Source: Bacillota bacterium (GTDB taxonomy: Bacteria > Bacillota > Dehalobacteriia > UBA4068). From it: a DNA stretch of 64,000 bases. This document shows, one piece after another, positions 26,438 to 35,903 of the stretch. The stretch lies in the NCBI GenBank assembly GCA_024679955.1, contig JAILCQ010000009.1, positions 3,467-67,466 on the forward strand, given 5' to 3'. The first letter of the stretch is position 1, and every line of letters starts with the position of its first letter. The notes beneath the pieces were generated by a model. That model worked only from the letters and a program-made list of their open reading frames with translations, was not told where the DNA came from and did no database searches. The translations under genes were made by a program, and so were the position numbers.

Positions 26438-29400
26438 ATGAAGAAGTTCAACCGCGCATTGGTAATCTTACTGGTTTTTGCCTTAGCGTGCGTTGGCTTG
26501 GCCGCCATGGCTTTTGCAGCACCCGACACGGATGCAACGCCGTATGACGGTGAAGGCGCTGTCATCGTCAACTGGACCAAGCTTTCGAACGTACAAGATT
26601 ATCACGTGGATCTGGTGGTTGATAGTAAAACGATCGATATATCACCGGCAGATTTCTCGTCCAGAGTCAACAGCCTGGACATTACCCAGTATGTAAAAGA
26701 GAACGGCCCTGGCGTCTATACGGCGCTGGTTACCGCTCACCGTGGTAATTATGGCGATAAACATGCCAGCGATACCATTGTCATTAAGCAAATGGATCAG
26801 CCCCAAAACATCGCCTGGAATATCGACGCTGAAAAAGCCGTCGTTTCCTGGGACGCTGTGGAAGGCGCTACCCTCGGCTACAATGTCAAGGTCACCTTGA
26901 CCGATGCCGAAGGCAATGTGGTTGACGAGCAGATCTACGAAAAGGTCGACGCTACCTCTCAGGACGTCACCAAATTCGTCGCCCCATATGCCGCCAATGA
27001 AGATCCGCTGACGCTCTCTGCCGCCGTGCAGGCTGTCGGCGAATTGACCTGGAAATATGTGGGCGGCCAAAAGACCGGCTATCTGAACAGTGATTATACC
27101 GATCCTGTGGATGCCGATCAATTGGTCGGTTCTTTGCCCAAAGGCTACATCACCAACGACAAAGTCGAAGTCGTCAACCCCGGTCAACTGACTGTGGATT
27201 ACGAACTGGTTCCTGTGGCCGACGGTATCGACTACACCTACGTTGACAAACTGAACCTCAAACTTGAGGGCAGCAGCATCAGTCTGAACAAGAATGTTAC
27301 CGAGAATATCGGCGCGACCGGCACCATCGACGTGACCGAAATCAACGCCAATCCGGACACCTACGACTGGACGGTCAGCCTGACCCCCAAATATGTGGTC
27401 AACGCCGCTACGGTAAACGATAAGACCCAAGACGGTGAAGACGGCCAGGTCGTGTTTGAAAAATTTGACCTGCCGAAACCCGTTCTGACCGTAGCTGACG
27501 ACGCCAGCTTGCTCAGTTGGCCCGCCGTCAATGCCGATCCGGAAGTGGTGGACGATCCCACTTTGTTCGACGACCCCGAAAGATATGAAGTCTATGTCAA
27601 AGGCCCGGCCGGCACTTGGCAGCTGTTTACCGGCGGTGCCGACACCAAAGTGGTCTATGACGACGCGACCGGTGAAATGTCCGTCGATATCAGCGACGCC
27701 ATCGATGAAGGCGAGACCAAGGAATTCAAAGTCAAGGTCCTCAACCGCATCAGCAGCGTTGCCGATACCCTGGATCTGAGATTCACCGACAACTCCGAAG
27801 CCGTGGTGGAAGTCTACAAGACCATCCGTCCCACCAATGTGGCTTTCGATGTGGAAACCTACGCGTTTGACAATCCTCCCGCCGAAGACGTGGAAGATTT
27901 GGTTTACCTTACCTGGACCCTGCCGGATACCACCGGTATCGACCATTATCTGGTAACCATCTATGAAGACGGTGAAGCAGCGGCCACCTTCGAGACGGAA
28001 GACGCCAATACCAATTCCATCGACGTCACCTCCGCCATCGATAACGTGGAAGTCCATACGTACACCGCCGACGTGGTTTCCATCGGCAAACATGCCAATG
28101 ACGACTACAGTCACTTTGACGCCGATTCCGGCGCGGCCGCTACGGCTGAAGACGGCAGCATCCTCTCCGGTGCGGTAGCTTCCGCTGAGGAAGAAGCCGT
28201 TATCGAACAGCAAGATGATACGTTGGTGCTGGTGGTCAAACTGACCGATACCAATGACAACTTCGACAAAGTCGAATCTGTCTATGCCACCAACCTGAAA
28301 AACGGCAAAACCTCTTATGAAGGTCCCATCCAGGGCACGCTGAGCACCGAAACGGACAGCGAAACCGGCGACACCATCCACATCGCCACCTTCGATCTCG
28401 GCGAAGTCTATGAAGGACAGGATCATCTGAAACCCGGCGAATGGACCGCTGACATTACCGTCTATTCCTTCAACAACGGTCTCAACGCCGATACCACCGT
28501 CAACGTCTCCGCCACCTATGATCCGGAACAACTGGAAATCCGCGGCGAAGAACTGGTGGATGAAGAAGGCAATCCCACCGGCGAATATGGCGATCCTCTG
28601 GTCGTCGATCCGGAAAGCGGCGAAGTCTCCTGGCTGACCGCCTATGCTTACGACGATGAAACCGATGAAAAGATCGAGGATTCCTACTCCCCGGACAACT
28701 ACTACATGGTCAAGCTGGAATACTACAACGGTTCCAGCTGGAAGAGCATCAAGCTGCAGGGCGGCAACGATGAAGAATGGGAAAACATCGGCAATGTAAC
28801 CTCCTACGAGATCAATGATCCGGACGCTCCGGATGGCGTAGGCATGGTTCCCGGCCGTGTTTACCGCGTCGTCGTTCAGGCCTTCAGCGACAGACCGCTG
28901 GTCTATGCGGAAAGCGATGAAGAAAGCGCTTATCTGTGCAAATTCCCGGCCGTCATCGCTGACATCACCGCCGATGCGGATTATCCCGCCGGCGCGCTGA
29001 GCTGGGTCGGCTCTGACGACAGCTTCACCTATCCCGACGGTACGGAATATGAGATCAATGCCGGCGATTATACCGATACGGCTACCGAATCTCCCTATTC
29101 CCTCTATGAACTGTTGGAAGAATACGGTACCTATGACGCCAACGTCACCGTTCTGCCTATGGTGGTAGACGATGTGGCCGTGGGTCAGGAAAACGTTACC
29201 GTAAATTATGTGAAATCCGATGTTTCCAATGACGTGACCGCTTATCGCGGCGTGGTTCCGGCGGAAGACACCGAAGACGTCGAATTCCAACTGGAATCTG
29301 ACGGCAAGGTATCCTTGCTCTTCACGCTGCCCACCGCGGACGATTACACGGATGACTATGACAAGGCGATGGCCGACGCCATCGATACCGCCAATGTCAC

Positions 29401-32400
29401 CGTGAAACTGTTCACCGACAACGGCACGCTGTTGGGTAAATACGATTCTGTTTACGATGACGCTACCGGCGTCAGCACCGCCGACGTCACCGTGGCCAAT
29501 GAGGTCTCCACCGCTCCCAACCTGACGGAAGTCATTGATCCCGGTGAAAAGATCTTCGTCGCCATCTGCGTCGGTTCCGTTACCGAATACGTAGACGGCT
29601 ATGCGGATTTTGAAGTCCTGGAAGGCGATAAGAGCAAAGAGACTCTGGCCATTTACCTGTCCAGCGACGTGGAAGACGACGCCGTTAAGGTCGCCGAGCT
29701 GACTCTGCCCGAGCGCGAGAAACTGAACGTCACCGCGGAGATCAACACCGAGGACGGCACCGTCGTGATCAACGACGATGAGGTCCAGGAAGACGCACAG
29801 CCCACCTACACGGTGGATATCGCGGTCAAGAACGCGGACGGCAGCACCACCAAGACCACCTATGACGGCGTGGATCCCGATACCCCGCTGGATACCTCCA
29901 GTGTGATCAAACCCGGTACGGAAGCCACCGTCACCGTCACCGCTTCTGACGACAGCGGCAAATATGCCGACGCCGTGACCGAGATGAAGGCTTACAAGCT
30001 GACCGATCCCAGCGACGCCGCTGTGGATAACGGCACCGGCGAGCTGACCTTCACCAGCGACACCACCGAGTATGCATACACCAACGAGGTCACCTTCGCT
30101 CCCGAAGGCAAGGCTACTTATGATGAAGAAAGCGGCGTCATCACCTTCGATCTCACCGAAGACGCTGCCAACGTCACCACCACCGTGGCCTCCATCGGCG
30201 GTTATGATGAAACCAACGAGATCTTCGTAATCGACGCGGACAACACCACCAGTGTTGACACCATGGCCGGCCTGGTGCCTGAACTGACCTTCGTGGACAA
30301 TGTGTTCCATAACAATGACGAAGGCAAACAGTACACCGAAGCCACCATCGATACCAACGATGACCTCTATGACGCCATCGATTGGGAAAACACCACGGTC
30401 ACTGCGAAGATCGGCGGCACCACCTACAGCGGCAAAGCCGAAGTCACCAACGTGGCTGATGACGGCACCGCTACCGTGACGCTGACCATGGACCAGACCC
30501 TGGACGAAGGCGAATACGAAGTCACCGTCACCCCGGCCATCAAAGCTGACTACGCTGCCGTAGCCGCTGCCGAAGATTTGGAAGGTACCGTTACCTACAC
30601 CAAGCAGCAGCTGCAAATCGTGGATTTGGCTGTGACCGATTTTGCTACCGGCGAAGCGGCTTGGTCCGTCGATCCGGAAGGCAAAGCTACCAATTACAAA
30701 GTCACCGTTTCCAAGCCCTCCAGCGATCCTAGCGGTTGGACCACTTATTGGGAAGGCACCGTAGACGAGCCCACCTTCGACCTGACTGAAAAAGGCTATG
30801 AATATGAAGCGGGTATCGAATATCAGCTGAAAGTTCAGGCCATCAGCGGGGATCCGGACTATGCCGACAGTGGTGAAGATGACGCCATCATCCTCATTTA
30901 CCGTCTGACCGATCCGGCCATCACCAAGATCGCCAAGAGCAACGGCGCTGTAACGTATACCCACGACACGACCTATGCGCATGTCGATACGTTCACTACC
31001 AGCGATGCCAACGCTAATGTTTCCGTGGATGGAGAAGGTAAAGCTACCGCTACCTTTGATCTGACCGTGGATCCGCAGGACGTCACCGTCACCCTGACCT
31101 GCACCGGTCAGTATGACTCCGACGCCAGCGTCTATGTACTGGATGCCGTGACGCCGGCCGACTATGTCGTGACCGCCGGTCTGGATCCGCTTCTGTCCGA
31201 TCCGACCCTCAGCATCGATCCCGCCACCGGCAATCAGATCCTGATGCTGAAGATAGACGAGAACAACCCGCTGTATGCTGCCGACTGGGATAACACCCCC
31301 AACGATTGGGCCAATATGTCCGTTACCTTGAGCGGCGGCGGCAAAGAAGTGACCGTTGACAACATTACCCATAAGGATAATGTCAGAACGAACCCCGGTT
31401 ACCTGAAAGTCAATTTTGGCACATCTCTGGAGAACGGCGTGGATTACACCATCACCGTGGATGACGCCATCCGGAGTAAATTCCAGGCTGTGGCCGGCCC
31501 CCGGGACTACGATGGTCCTTACACCATTGTGGACGAAAATCAGGATCCGATCACGGTCAGCCTGACCGCCAATCAGCTGGTCGTCAGCAATCTTCATGTT
31601 GAAGATTTTGCTACCGGCAAAGCTGCCTGGGACGTAGAAGAAAACTCTGACAAAGTCGCCAATTACAAAGTCACCGTTTCCAAACCTTCCAGCGATCCTA
31701 GCGGTTGGACTACTTATTGGGAAGGCACCGTAGACGAGATGGCCTTCGACCTGACTGAAAAAGGTTATGAATATGAAGCCGGAACCGAGTACCAGCTGAA
31801 AGTTCAGGCCATCAGCGGCGACCTCGGCTATGACGACAGTGGTGAAGATGACGCCATCATCTTCATCTATCGTCTGACCGATCCTGAAATCACCAGGATA
31901 CTGAACAGCGGCGTGATCGAATATACCCATGACACGACCTACGATCATGTGGATACGTTCTCTGCCGACAACAATGCTACCGTTGACGATAGCACGGCTA
32001 CCGTCACCTTTGATCTGACCGCGGATCCTCCGCAGGAAGTCACCGTTACCTTGGCCTGCACCGGTAAGGAAATCACCGCCAATGAACGCTATGTTCTGGA
32101 CGCGGAGAATGTAGCCACCGCTACCAAAACCGCCGGTCTGGCGCCTATCTTCTCTGACGCGACGCTCACCATTGATGAAAATGGCGATCAGATCCTGACC
32201 TTGAAGATAGACATGAACAACCCGCTGTATGGCAAAAAATATTCCCTCTATCCCAGCATGTGGAAAGATGTGAAGATCACTGCCAGCAACAGCACGGAAG
32301 GCGACGTTACCGTTCCGATCACCTCCGCGAACAATGTGGATTATGCGACCGGCACGATAACCATCAACTTCAAGAATAAGTTGGTTGAAGATACCGAGTA

Positions 32401-34372
32401 TGATATCCTGGTTCAGGATGTCATCAAAGACAGCTACAGCCATATCGCCGGCGCCCGTCCGGAATACTCCGCAGGCACGGTCAACGTAGCCGCTCCCGTC
32501 ACCCCTCCGGATGCGCCCGTTTTGAGCGTTGACCCCGAAGAGGGCGTGATTTCCTGGGGCGACGGCGGCAGCTTGAGCCCTGAAAAGAAGATCATGACCA
32601 GAGCTCTCCTCCGTGATGACGCGGCCAGCGAAATCACCTATCACGTAGTTGTATCCCAGTACGATGATTCGATCTGGGAAGATGAAAATTATCAAGGCAC
32701 CTCCTTCACCCCCAATTTTGGGGGTGGGGAGGGCGAACCCGTCCTCAATGTCGGTGAAGTCTACACCGTGACCATTCATGCTGTGAAAGACGGCGTAGAG
32801 AGCGAAGGCACTTCTGTGGATATCTACAAACAGGAAGCCCCCGTTGCCGCCACTCTGGCTTTCGAGAAGAATGAAAACGGCGCTTACACCGGCAACTACA
32901 CGGCTGAAGGCGGCGTGGAAGGCGCTACCCTTACCGCCGATGTTTTCATCGGCCAAGAAGAAGTGACCAAAGAAGTGGAAGCTCCCTCTTATGTAAACGA
33001 TGACATTATCGCGGGTGAGCTCAATACGGTCACCATCCAAAACGCCAAATTCTCCGGCTTCCAAGGCGCCACAGATAATGTATATTACTTCGCCTCCGAA
33101 GCGGCGGAGCGTGATCTGGTTTCCGATTTCAAAGTTGGTAAGCTGCCGGCGCTCACCGTTGTCGATCCGACTGCGGACGACGGCTTGACCACGGAAGATA
33201 TCGCCAATGAAGACGGCACCGGCACGGTGGAATTCACCTTCACGCCGGATGAGAAAGCCGCTATAGAAAAAGCCTTGCTGGCTTTGGGTGAGGCTGATCC
33301 CATTGAAGGCAATATCGTCGAAGGTAAGGCTACCTTCACCATCCCCGCCGAGACTATGGCAGCCATCGCCGCTAACGTGGAATACACTGCTACCCTGGTT
33401 GCCGCCAATCCGGCGGTCAATGCGGACAGCACTGCCGAAGGCACCATCGCCTATGTGGAACCTGCGCCTGCGAAGGAACCCATCCCCGCGGTGGATCCTC
33501 TGTATTACGGCGTGTTTGCGGACAGAGCCAACACCTTCAACACCGCCAATAACGGCGGCGCCACCCTGTACTTCAAGGAAGTCGAATTGGCCAAGCTGAA
33601 AAAGAACGGCGGCTATGTAGTCACCATCGCAGACAGCTCCACCAATGACAGCTATACCTTCTCCAACGATCAGCTGAACGGCCGCAGCCAGCTGCCTGCG
33701 GCTTGCGTAACCGACGACTACTTTGTTTCCGTGAAGCGCATTGCCATCAACAGAGCCGTCAATGAGGAAAAGATCACTGCTAATCCGGCCAACTGGACCG
33801 TGACCATCACCGACTATCCGCTGGATGAAGAGACCTACATGGAAAATACCGCTGTTTTCACGCTTGACGGTACCGGCGACGGCAGCGAAGAGTCTCCGGC
33901 GGGCTTCGCCGAAGGCCTGATCGAAGCCATCCCGGTGGAAACCATCCTGGCCAATGCCAAAGCTTTTGTGTATCCCGGCGATGACGGTACTTCCAATGCC
34001 TATAAATATATTGGTATCTTCACCGTTTCCGGCAGCACCGTCACTTACAGCTGCAGTTATGCGGCTGCTATAGAGTCTGAACATCAGGGTCTTGCAGCTG
34101 CGGCCATCGCCGATATGGCCCGTTTCCTGGGCGCTATCCATCGCGGCAACGAAGATGGTACTGTGAACGCCATCACCTATAACGGTGTGGACTACACCTG
34201 GGATACCGCCAGCACGCTGAAGGGCTCCAAGTGGACCGATGCGGACAGCAATACGCTGGTCAGCGTACTTACTGCTGATCTTGGTGCCCAGATCACCGGA
34301 CTTGGTGAATATACCGTTTCCTTCCAGATCGACGGCAAAGATGTGAACGTAACTATCGCTTTGACGAATTAG
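26438..34372 (+). CDS. Giant secreted hyper-acidic repeat protein, 2,644 aa (Fn3/Ig-like modules, no recognisable wall anchor)
   Basis: AAAGGAGG RBS 7 nt before the ATG at 26438; the ORF track starts at GTG 26435. Signal peptide MKKFNRALVILLVFALACVGLAAMAFA|AP. Many ~100-aa modules carry SW.AV..A..Y.V-type signatures. The protein is rich in D/E/T/V and contains large internal duplications. A strong terminator follows. Confidence 0.9.
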   Translation: MKKFNRALVILLVFALACVGLAAMAFAAPDTDATPYDGEGAVIVNWTKLSNVQDYHVDLVVDSKTIDISPADFSSRVNSLDITQYVKENGPGVYTALVTAHRGNYGDKHASDTIVIKQMDQPQNIAWNIDAEKAVVSWDAVEGATLGYNVKVTLTDAEGNVVDEQIYEKVDATSQDVTKFVAPYAANEDPLTLSAAVQAVGELTWKYVGGQKTGYLNSDYTDPVDADQLVGSLPKGYITNDKVEVVNPGQLTVDYELVPVADGIDYTYVDKLNLKLEGSSISLNKNVTENIGATGTIDVTEINANPDTYDWTVSLTPKYVVNAATVNDKTQDGEDGQVVFEKFDLPKPVLTVADDASLLSWPAVNADPEVVDDPTLFDDPERYEVYVKGPAGTWQLFTGGADTKVVYDDATGEMSVDISDAIDEGETKEFKVKVLNRISSVADTLDLRFTDNSEAVVEVYKTIRPTNVAFDVETYAFDNPPAEDVEDLVYLTWTLPDTTGIDHYLVTIYEDGEAAATFETEDANTNSIDVTSAIDNVEVHTYTADVVSIGKHANDDYSHFDADSGAAATAEDGSILSGAVASAEEEAVIEQQDDTLVLVVKLTDTNDNFDKVESVYATNLKNGKTSYEGPIQGTLSTETDSETGDTIHIATFDLGEVYEGQDHLKPGEWTADITVYSFNNGLNADTTVNVSATYDPEQLEIRGEELVDEEGNPTGEYGDPLVVDPESGEVSWLTAYAYDDETDEKIEDSYSPDNYYMVKLEYYNGSSWKSIKLQGGNDEEWENIGNVTSYEINDPDAPDGVGMVPGRVYRVVVQAFSDRPLVYAESDEESAYLCKFPAVIADITADADYPAGALSWVGSDDSFTYPDGTEYEINAGDYTDTATESPYSLYELLEEYGTYDANVTVLPMVVDDVAVGQENVTVNYVKSDVSNDVTAYRGVVPAEDTEDVEFQLESDGKVSLLFTLPTADDYTDDYDKAMADAIDTANVTVKLFTDNGTLLGKYDSVYDDATGVSTADVTVANEVSTAPNLTEVIDPGEKIFVAICVGSVTEYVDGYADFEVLEGDKSKETLAIYLSSDVEDDAVKVAELTLPEREKLNVTAEINTEDGTVVINDDEVQEDAQPTYTVDIAVKNADGSTTKTTYDGVDPDTPLDTSSVIKPGTEATVTVTASDDSGKYADAVTEMKAYKLTDPSDAAVDNGTGELTFTSDTTEYAYTNEVTFAPEGKATYDEESGVITFDLTEDAANVTTTVASIGGYDETNEIFVIDADNTTSVDTMAGLVPELTFVDNVFHNNDEGKQYTEATIDTNDDLYDAIDWENTTVTAKIGGTTYSGKAEVTNVADDGTATVTLTMDQTLDEGEYEVTVTPAIKADYAAVAAAEDLEGTVTYTKQQLQIVDLAVTDFATGEAAWSVDPEGKATNYKVTVSKPSSDPSGWTTYWEGTVDEPTFDLTEKGYEYEAGIEYQLKVQAISGDPDYADSGEDDAIILIYRLTDPAITKIAKSNGAVTYTHDTTYAHVDTFTTSDANANVSVDGEGKATATFDLTVDPQDVTVTLTCTGQYDSDASVYVLDAVTPADYVVTAGLDPLLSDPTLSIDPATGNQILMLKIDENNPLYAADWDNTPNDWANMSVTLSGGGKEVTVDNITHKDNVRTNPGYLKVNFGTSLENGVDYTITVDDAIRSKFQAVAGPRDYDGPYTIVDENQDPITVSLTANQLVVSNLHVEDFATGKAAWDVEENSDKVANYKVTVSKPSSDPSGWTTYWEGTVDEMAFDLTEKGYEYEAGTEYQLKVQAISGDLGYDDSGEDDAIIFIYRLTDPEITRILNSGVIEYTHDTTYDHVDTFSADNNATVDDSTATVTFDLTADPPQEVTVTLACTGKEITANERYVLDAENVATATKTAGLAPIFSDATLTIDENGDQILTLKIDMNNPLYGKKYSLYPSMWKDVKITASNSTEGDVTVPITSANNVDYATGTITINFKNKLVEDTEYDILVQDVIKDSYSHIAGARPEYSAGTVNVAAPVTPPDAPVLSVDPEEGVISWGDGGSLSPEKKIMTRALLRDDAASEITYHVVVSQYDDSIWEDENYQGTSFTPNFGGGEGEPVLNVGEVYTVTIHAVKDGVESEGTSVDIYKQEAPVAATLAFEKNENGAYTGNYTAEGGVEGATLTADVFIGQEEVTKEVEAPSYVNDDIIAGELNTVTIQNAKFSGFQGATDNVYYFASEAAERDLVSDFKVGKLPALTVVDPTADDGLTTEDIANEDGTGTVEFTFTPDEKAAIEKALLALGEADPIEGNIVEGKATFTIPAETMAAIAANVEYTATLVAANPAVNADSTAEGTIAYVEPAPAKEPIPAVDPLYYGVFADRANTFNTANNGGATLYFKEVELAKLKKNGGYVVTIADSSTNDSYTFSNDQLNGRSQLPAACVTDDYFVSVKRIAINRAVNEEKITANPANWTVTITDYPLDEETYMENTAVFTLDGTGDGSEESPAGFAEGLIEAIPVETILANAKAFVYPGDDGTSNAYKYIGIFTVSGSTVTYSCSYAAAIESEHQGLAAAAIADMARFLGAIHRGNEDGTVNAITYNGVDYTWDTASTLKGSKWTDADSNTLVSVLTADLGAQITGLGEYTVSFQIDGKDVNVTIALTN
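30638..30915 (+). repeat. Near-identical core of an internal ~969-nt super-repeat, copy 1
   Basis: gattttgctaccggc...caattacaaagtcaccgtttccaa...cgtctgaccgatcc recurs 966-969 nt downstream, with roughly nine in ten positions identical by eye. It encodes ...NYKVTVSKPSSDPSGWTTYWEGTVDE..FDLTEKGYEYEAG.EYQLKVQAISGD.... Confidence 0.85.
31604..31884 (+). repeat. Near-identical core of an internal ~969-nt super-repeat, copy 2
   Basis: Matches 30638-30915 with one 3-nt indel. The flanking ~700 nt of each unit are also homologous at the protein level (YRLTDP.IT.I..., TFDLT.DP..VTVTL.CTG, ...ILMLKIDENNPLY / ILTLKIDMNNPLY). Confidence 0.85.
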
Positions 34373-34415
34373 TTTTTTCATCGTTTAAGCCTTTTGCCGT
34401 TGTTGACAAAACAAC

Positions 34416-34452
34416 AAAAACCCAGCGCGTCCCTGTGGCGCGCTGGGTTTTA
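34416..34452 (+). terminator. Rho-independent terminator after the giant gene
   Basis: AAAAACCCAGCGCG-loop-CGCGCTGGG followed by TTTT. Confidence 0.8.
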
Positions 34453-34656
34453 AGTTGCGGAAATAAAAACCCCCGGCCGGATGGATGGTCAAACAACCGT
34501 CTGCCGTGGGATTCTTTTTCGCCGCGCCCGGCCGGTTTTGGCCGGGCTGGGGCGGAGCAGGGCAGGGTCGCAAAGCGGGAAAACCGGAAGGGCCTGCGGT
34601 TTTCCGCAGGCCCTCAGAGCATCATAGCAGGCATCTGCAGGTCTCACCGGCATGCT

Positions 34657-35763
34657 TTAATAGAGATAATAGCCGAACAACAGCAATATGACCAAAATGG
34701 AGAAATTGACCGCGCTGAATTCCAGCAAATATTTGCCACTTTTGGCTTGCCTGCGGCGGCTGTACAGTTTATAGGAAATCAAACTGGCCAGGGACGCCAC
34801 CAAAGTGCCCATGCCGCCGATATTCACCCCCAGCAGCAAATGCCGGGCGTCCTCAGTAAAGGGGGATAGCAGCATCACCGCCGGCACATTGCTGATCAGT
34901 TGGCTGGTCAAAGCGGATATCAGCATTTCCCGTCCGGCCAGCGCGCTTTGCAAAAACTGGCTGAAGGCGGGCCAGCGGGAAAGATTGCCCACAAAGATGA
35001 AAAAGGCGATAAAGGTCAGCAGCAAACCGTAATCCACATAGGCCAGGGCTTTTCTATCCGTTAGCCCGATGGAAGCAATCACGACGAGGGCGCACAGCCA
35101 CACCGGGATCATGTTCAATACGGAGAGAATACAGATGACGAACAGGGATGCGTACAGACACAGGCGGCCTTTGCTTCGTTCCGGGTTTTTTCGCGGTTTT
35201 TGGCTGATTTGACCCGGGGCGGCAAACCGCCACAGAAACAGCAGGATCAAGGCCAGGCAAAATGCGCCCAAAGGCATGGTGACGGTGAAAAACTGCCCCA
35301 GCGTAAAATGATAGCGGCTGAACAAATACAGGTTTTGCGGATTGCCGATGGGCGTCAGCAGGCTGCCCAAGTTGGCGGCGGCCGTTTCCATGACGATGAT
35401 AAAGATCAGCTTTTCTTCTTTTATGCTGTCGAACAGGGTGATGGTCAGCGGCACAAAGGTCAGCAAAGCCACGTCGTTGGTGATCAGCATGGAGCTGAAA
35501 AAGCAGATCAGCGTCAGGATAAAAAACAGCTTGCGGCAGTTGTCCGTATAGGAGAGCAGGCGGCAGGCCATAATGCGAAAAACATTTTCCTGCTGCAGGG
35601 CGGCCACCACCGCCATCAAACAAAACAGCAAGCCGATGACCCGGAAATCGATATAGGCCAAATATTGCCGGTCCGGCGGTATGAAAAACAGGGAAATAAC
35701 GGTCAATAGCGCCGTCACTGTCAAAACGCATTCCCGGCGGCAAAACTCACGGATCTTATGCAT
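34657..35763 (-). CDS. Polytopic anion/citrate-type permease (ArsB/NhaD/CitMHS superfamily)
   Basis: About 368 aa of multi-TM protein. FFSSMLITNDVALLTFVPLTI and GNPQNLYLFS are typical of this permease superfamily. I prefer the ATG at 35763, which is preceded by GAGG, to the ORF-track 35778. Confidence 0.75.
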   Translation of the reverse strand: MHKIREFCRRECVLTVTALLTVISLFFIPPDRQYLAYIDFRVIGLLFCLMAVVAALQQENVFRIMACRLLSYTDNCRKLFFILTLICFFSSMLITNDVALLTFVPLTITLFDSIKEEKLIFIIVMETAAANLGSLLTPIGNPQNLYLFSRYHFTLGQFFTVTMPLGAFCLALILLFLWRFAAPGQISQKPRKNPERSKGRLCLYASLFVICILSVLNMIPVWLCALVVIASIGLTDRKALAYVDYGLLLTFIAFFIFVGNLSRWPAFSQFLQSALAGREMLISALTSQLISNVPAVMLLSPFTEDARHLLLGVNIGGMGTLVASLASLISYKLYSRRRQAKSGKYLLEFSAVNFSILVILLLFGYYLY

Positions 35764-35833
35764 GGCAGCCTCGATCATGGAATATAAAAAACATTTGCGA
35801 CAAAGGATTTACCACAAAATATTGGCGCACACT

Positions 35834-35903
35834 ACTTGCGAAAGCGTATTTGCGGAAGCGCATTCGCGAAAGGCTTTCGCGCAAAAACCCTTGCAAAAAA
35901 TGC
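35834..35903. repeat. Five head-to-tail 14-nt degenerate repeats (consensus about ATTYGCGAAAGCNN) in a divergent promoter region
   Basis: Units: 35834 acttgcgaaagcgt, 35848 atttgcggaagcgc, 35862 attcgcgaaaggct, 35876 ttcgcgcaaaaacc, 35890 cttgcaaaaaatgc. An isolated sixth copy, atttgcgacaaagg, lies at 35793-35806. Confidence 0.65.

Noticed and set aside
26642-34381. A 2,579-aa minus-strand ORF spanning the whole giant gene, the largest antisense ORF in the window.
   Set aside because: Its codons are phase-aligned with the sense gene, so its openness follows simply from the absence of sense TTA/CTA/TCA codons. The translated product is low-complexity (G/V/I/D/F-rich) with no signal, domain signature or RBS. 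The plus-strand gene has an RBS, signal peptide, modular domain structure and terminator. I treat it as a shadow ORF; the codon bias itself is reported as a finding.
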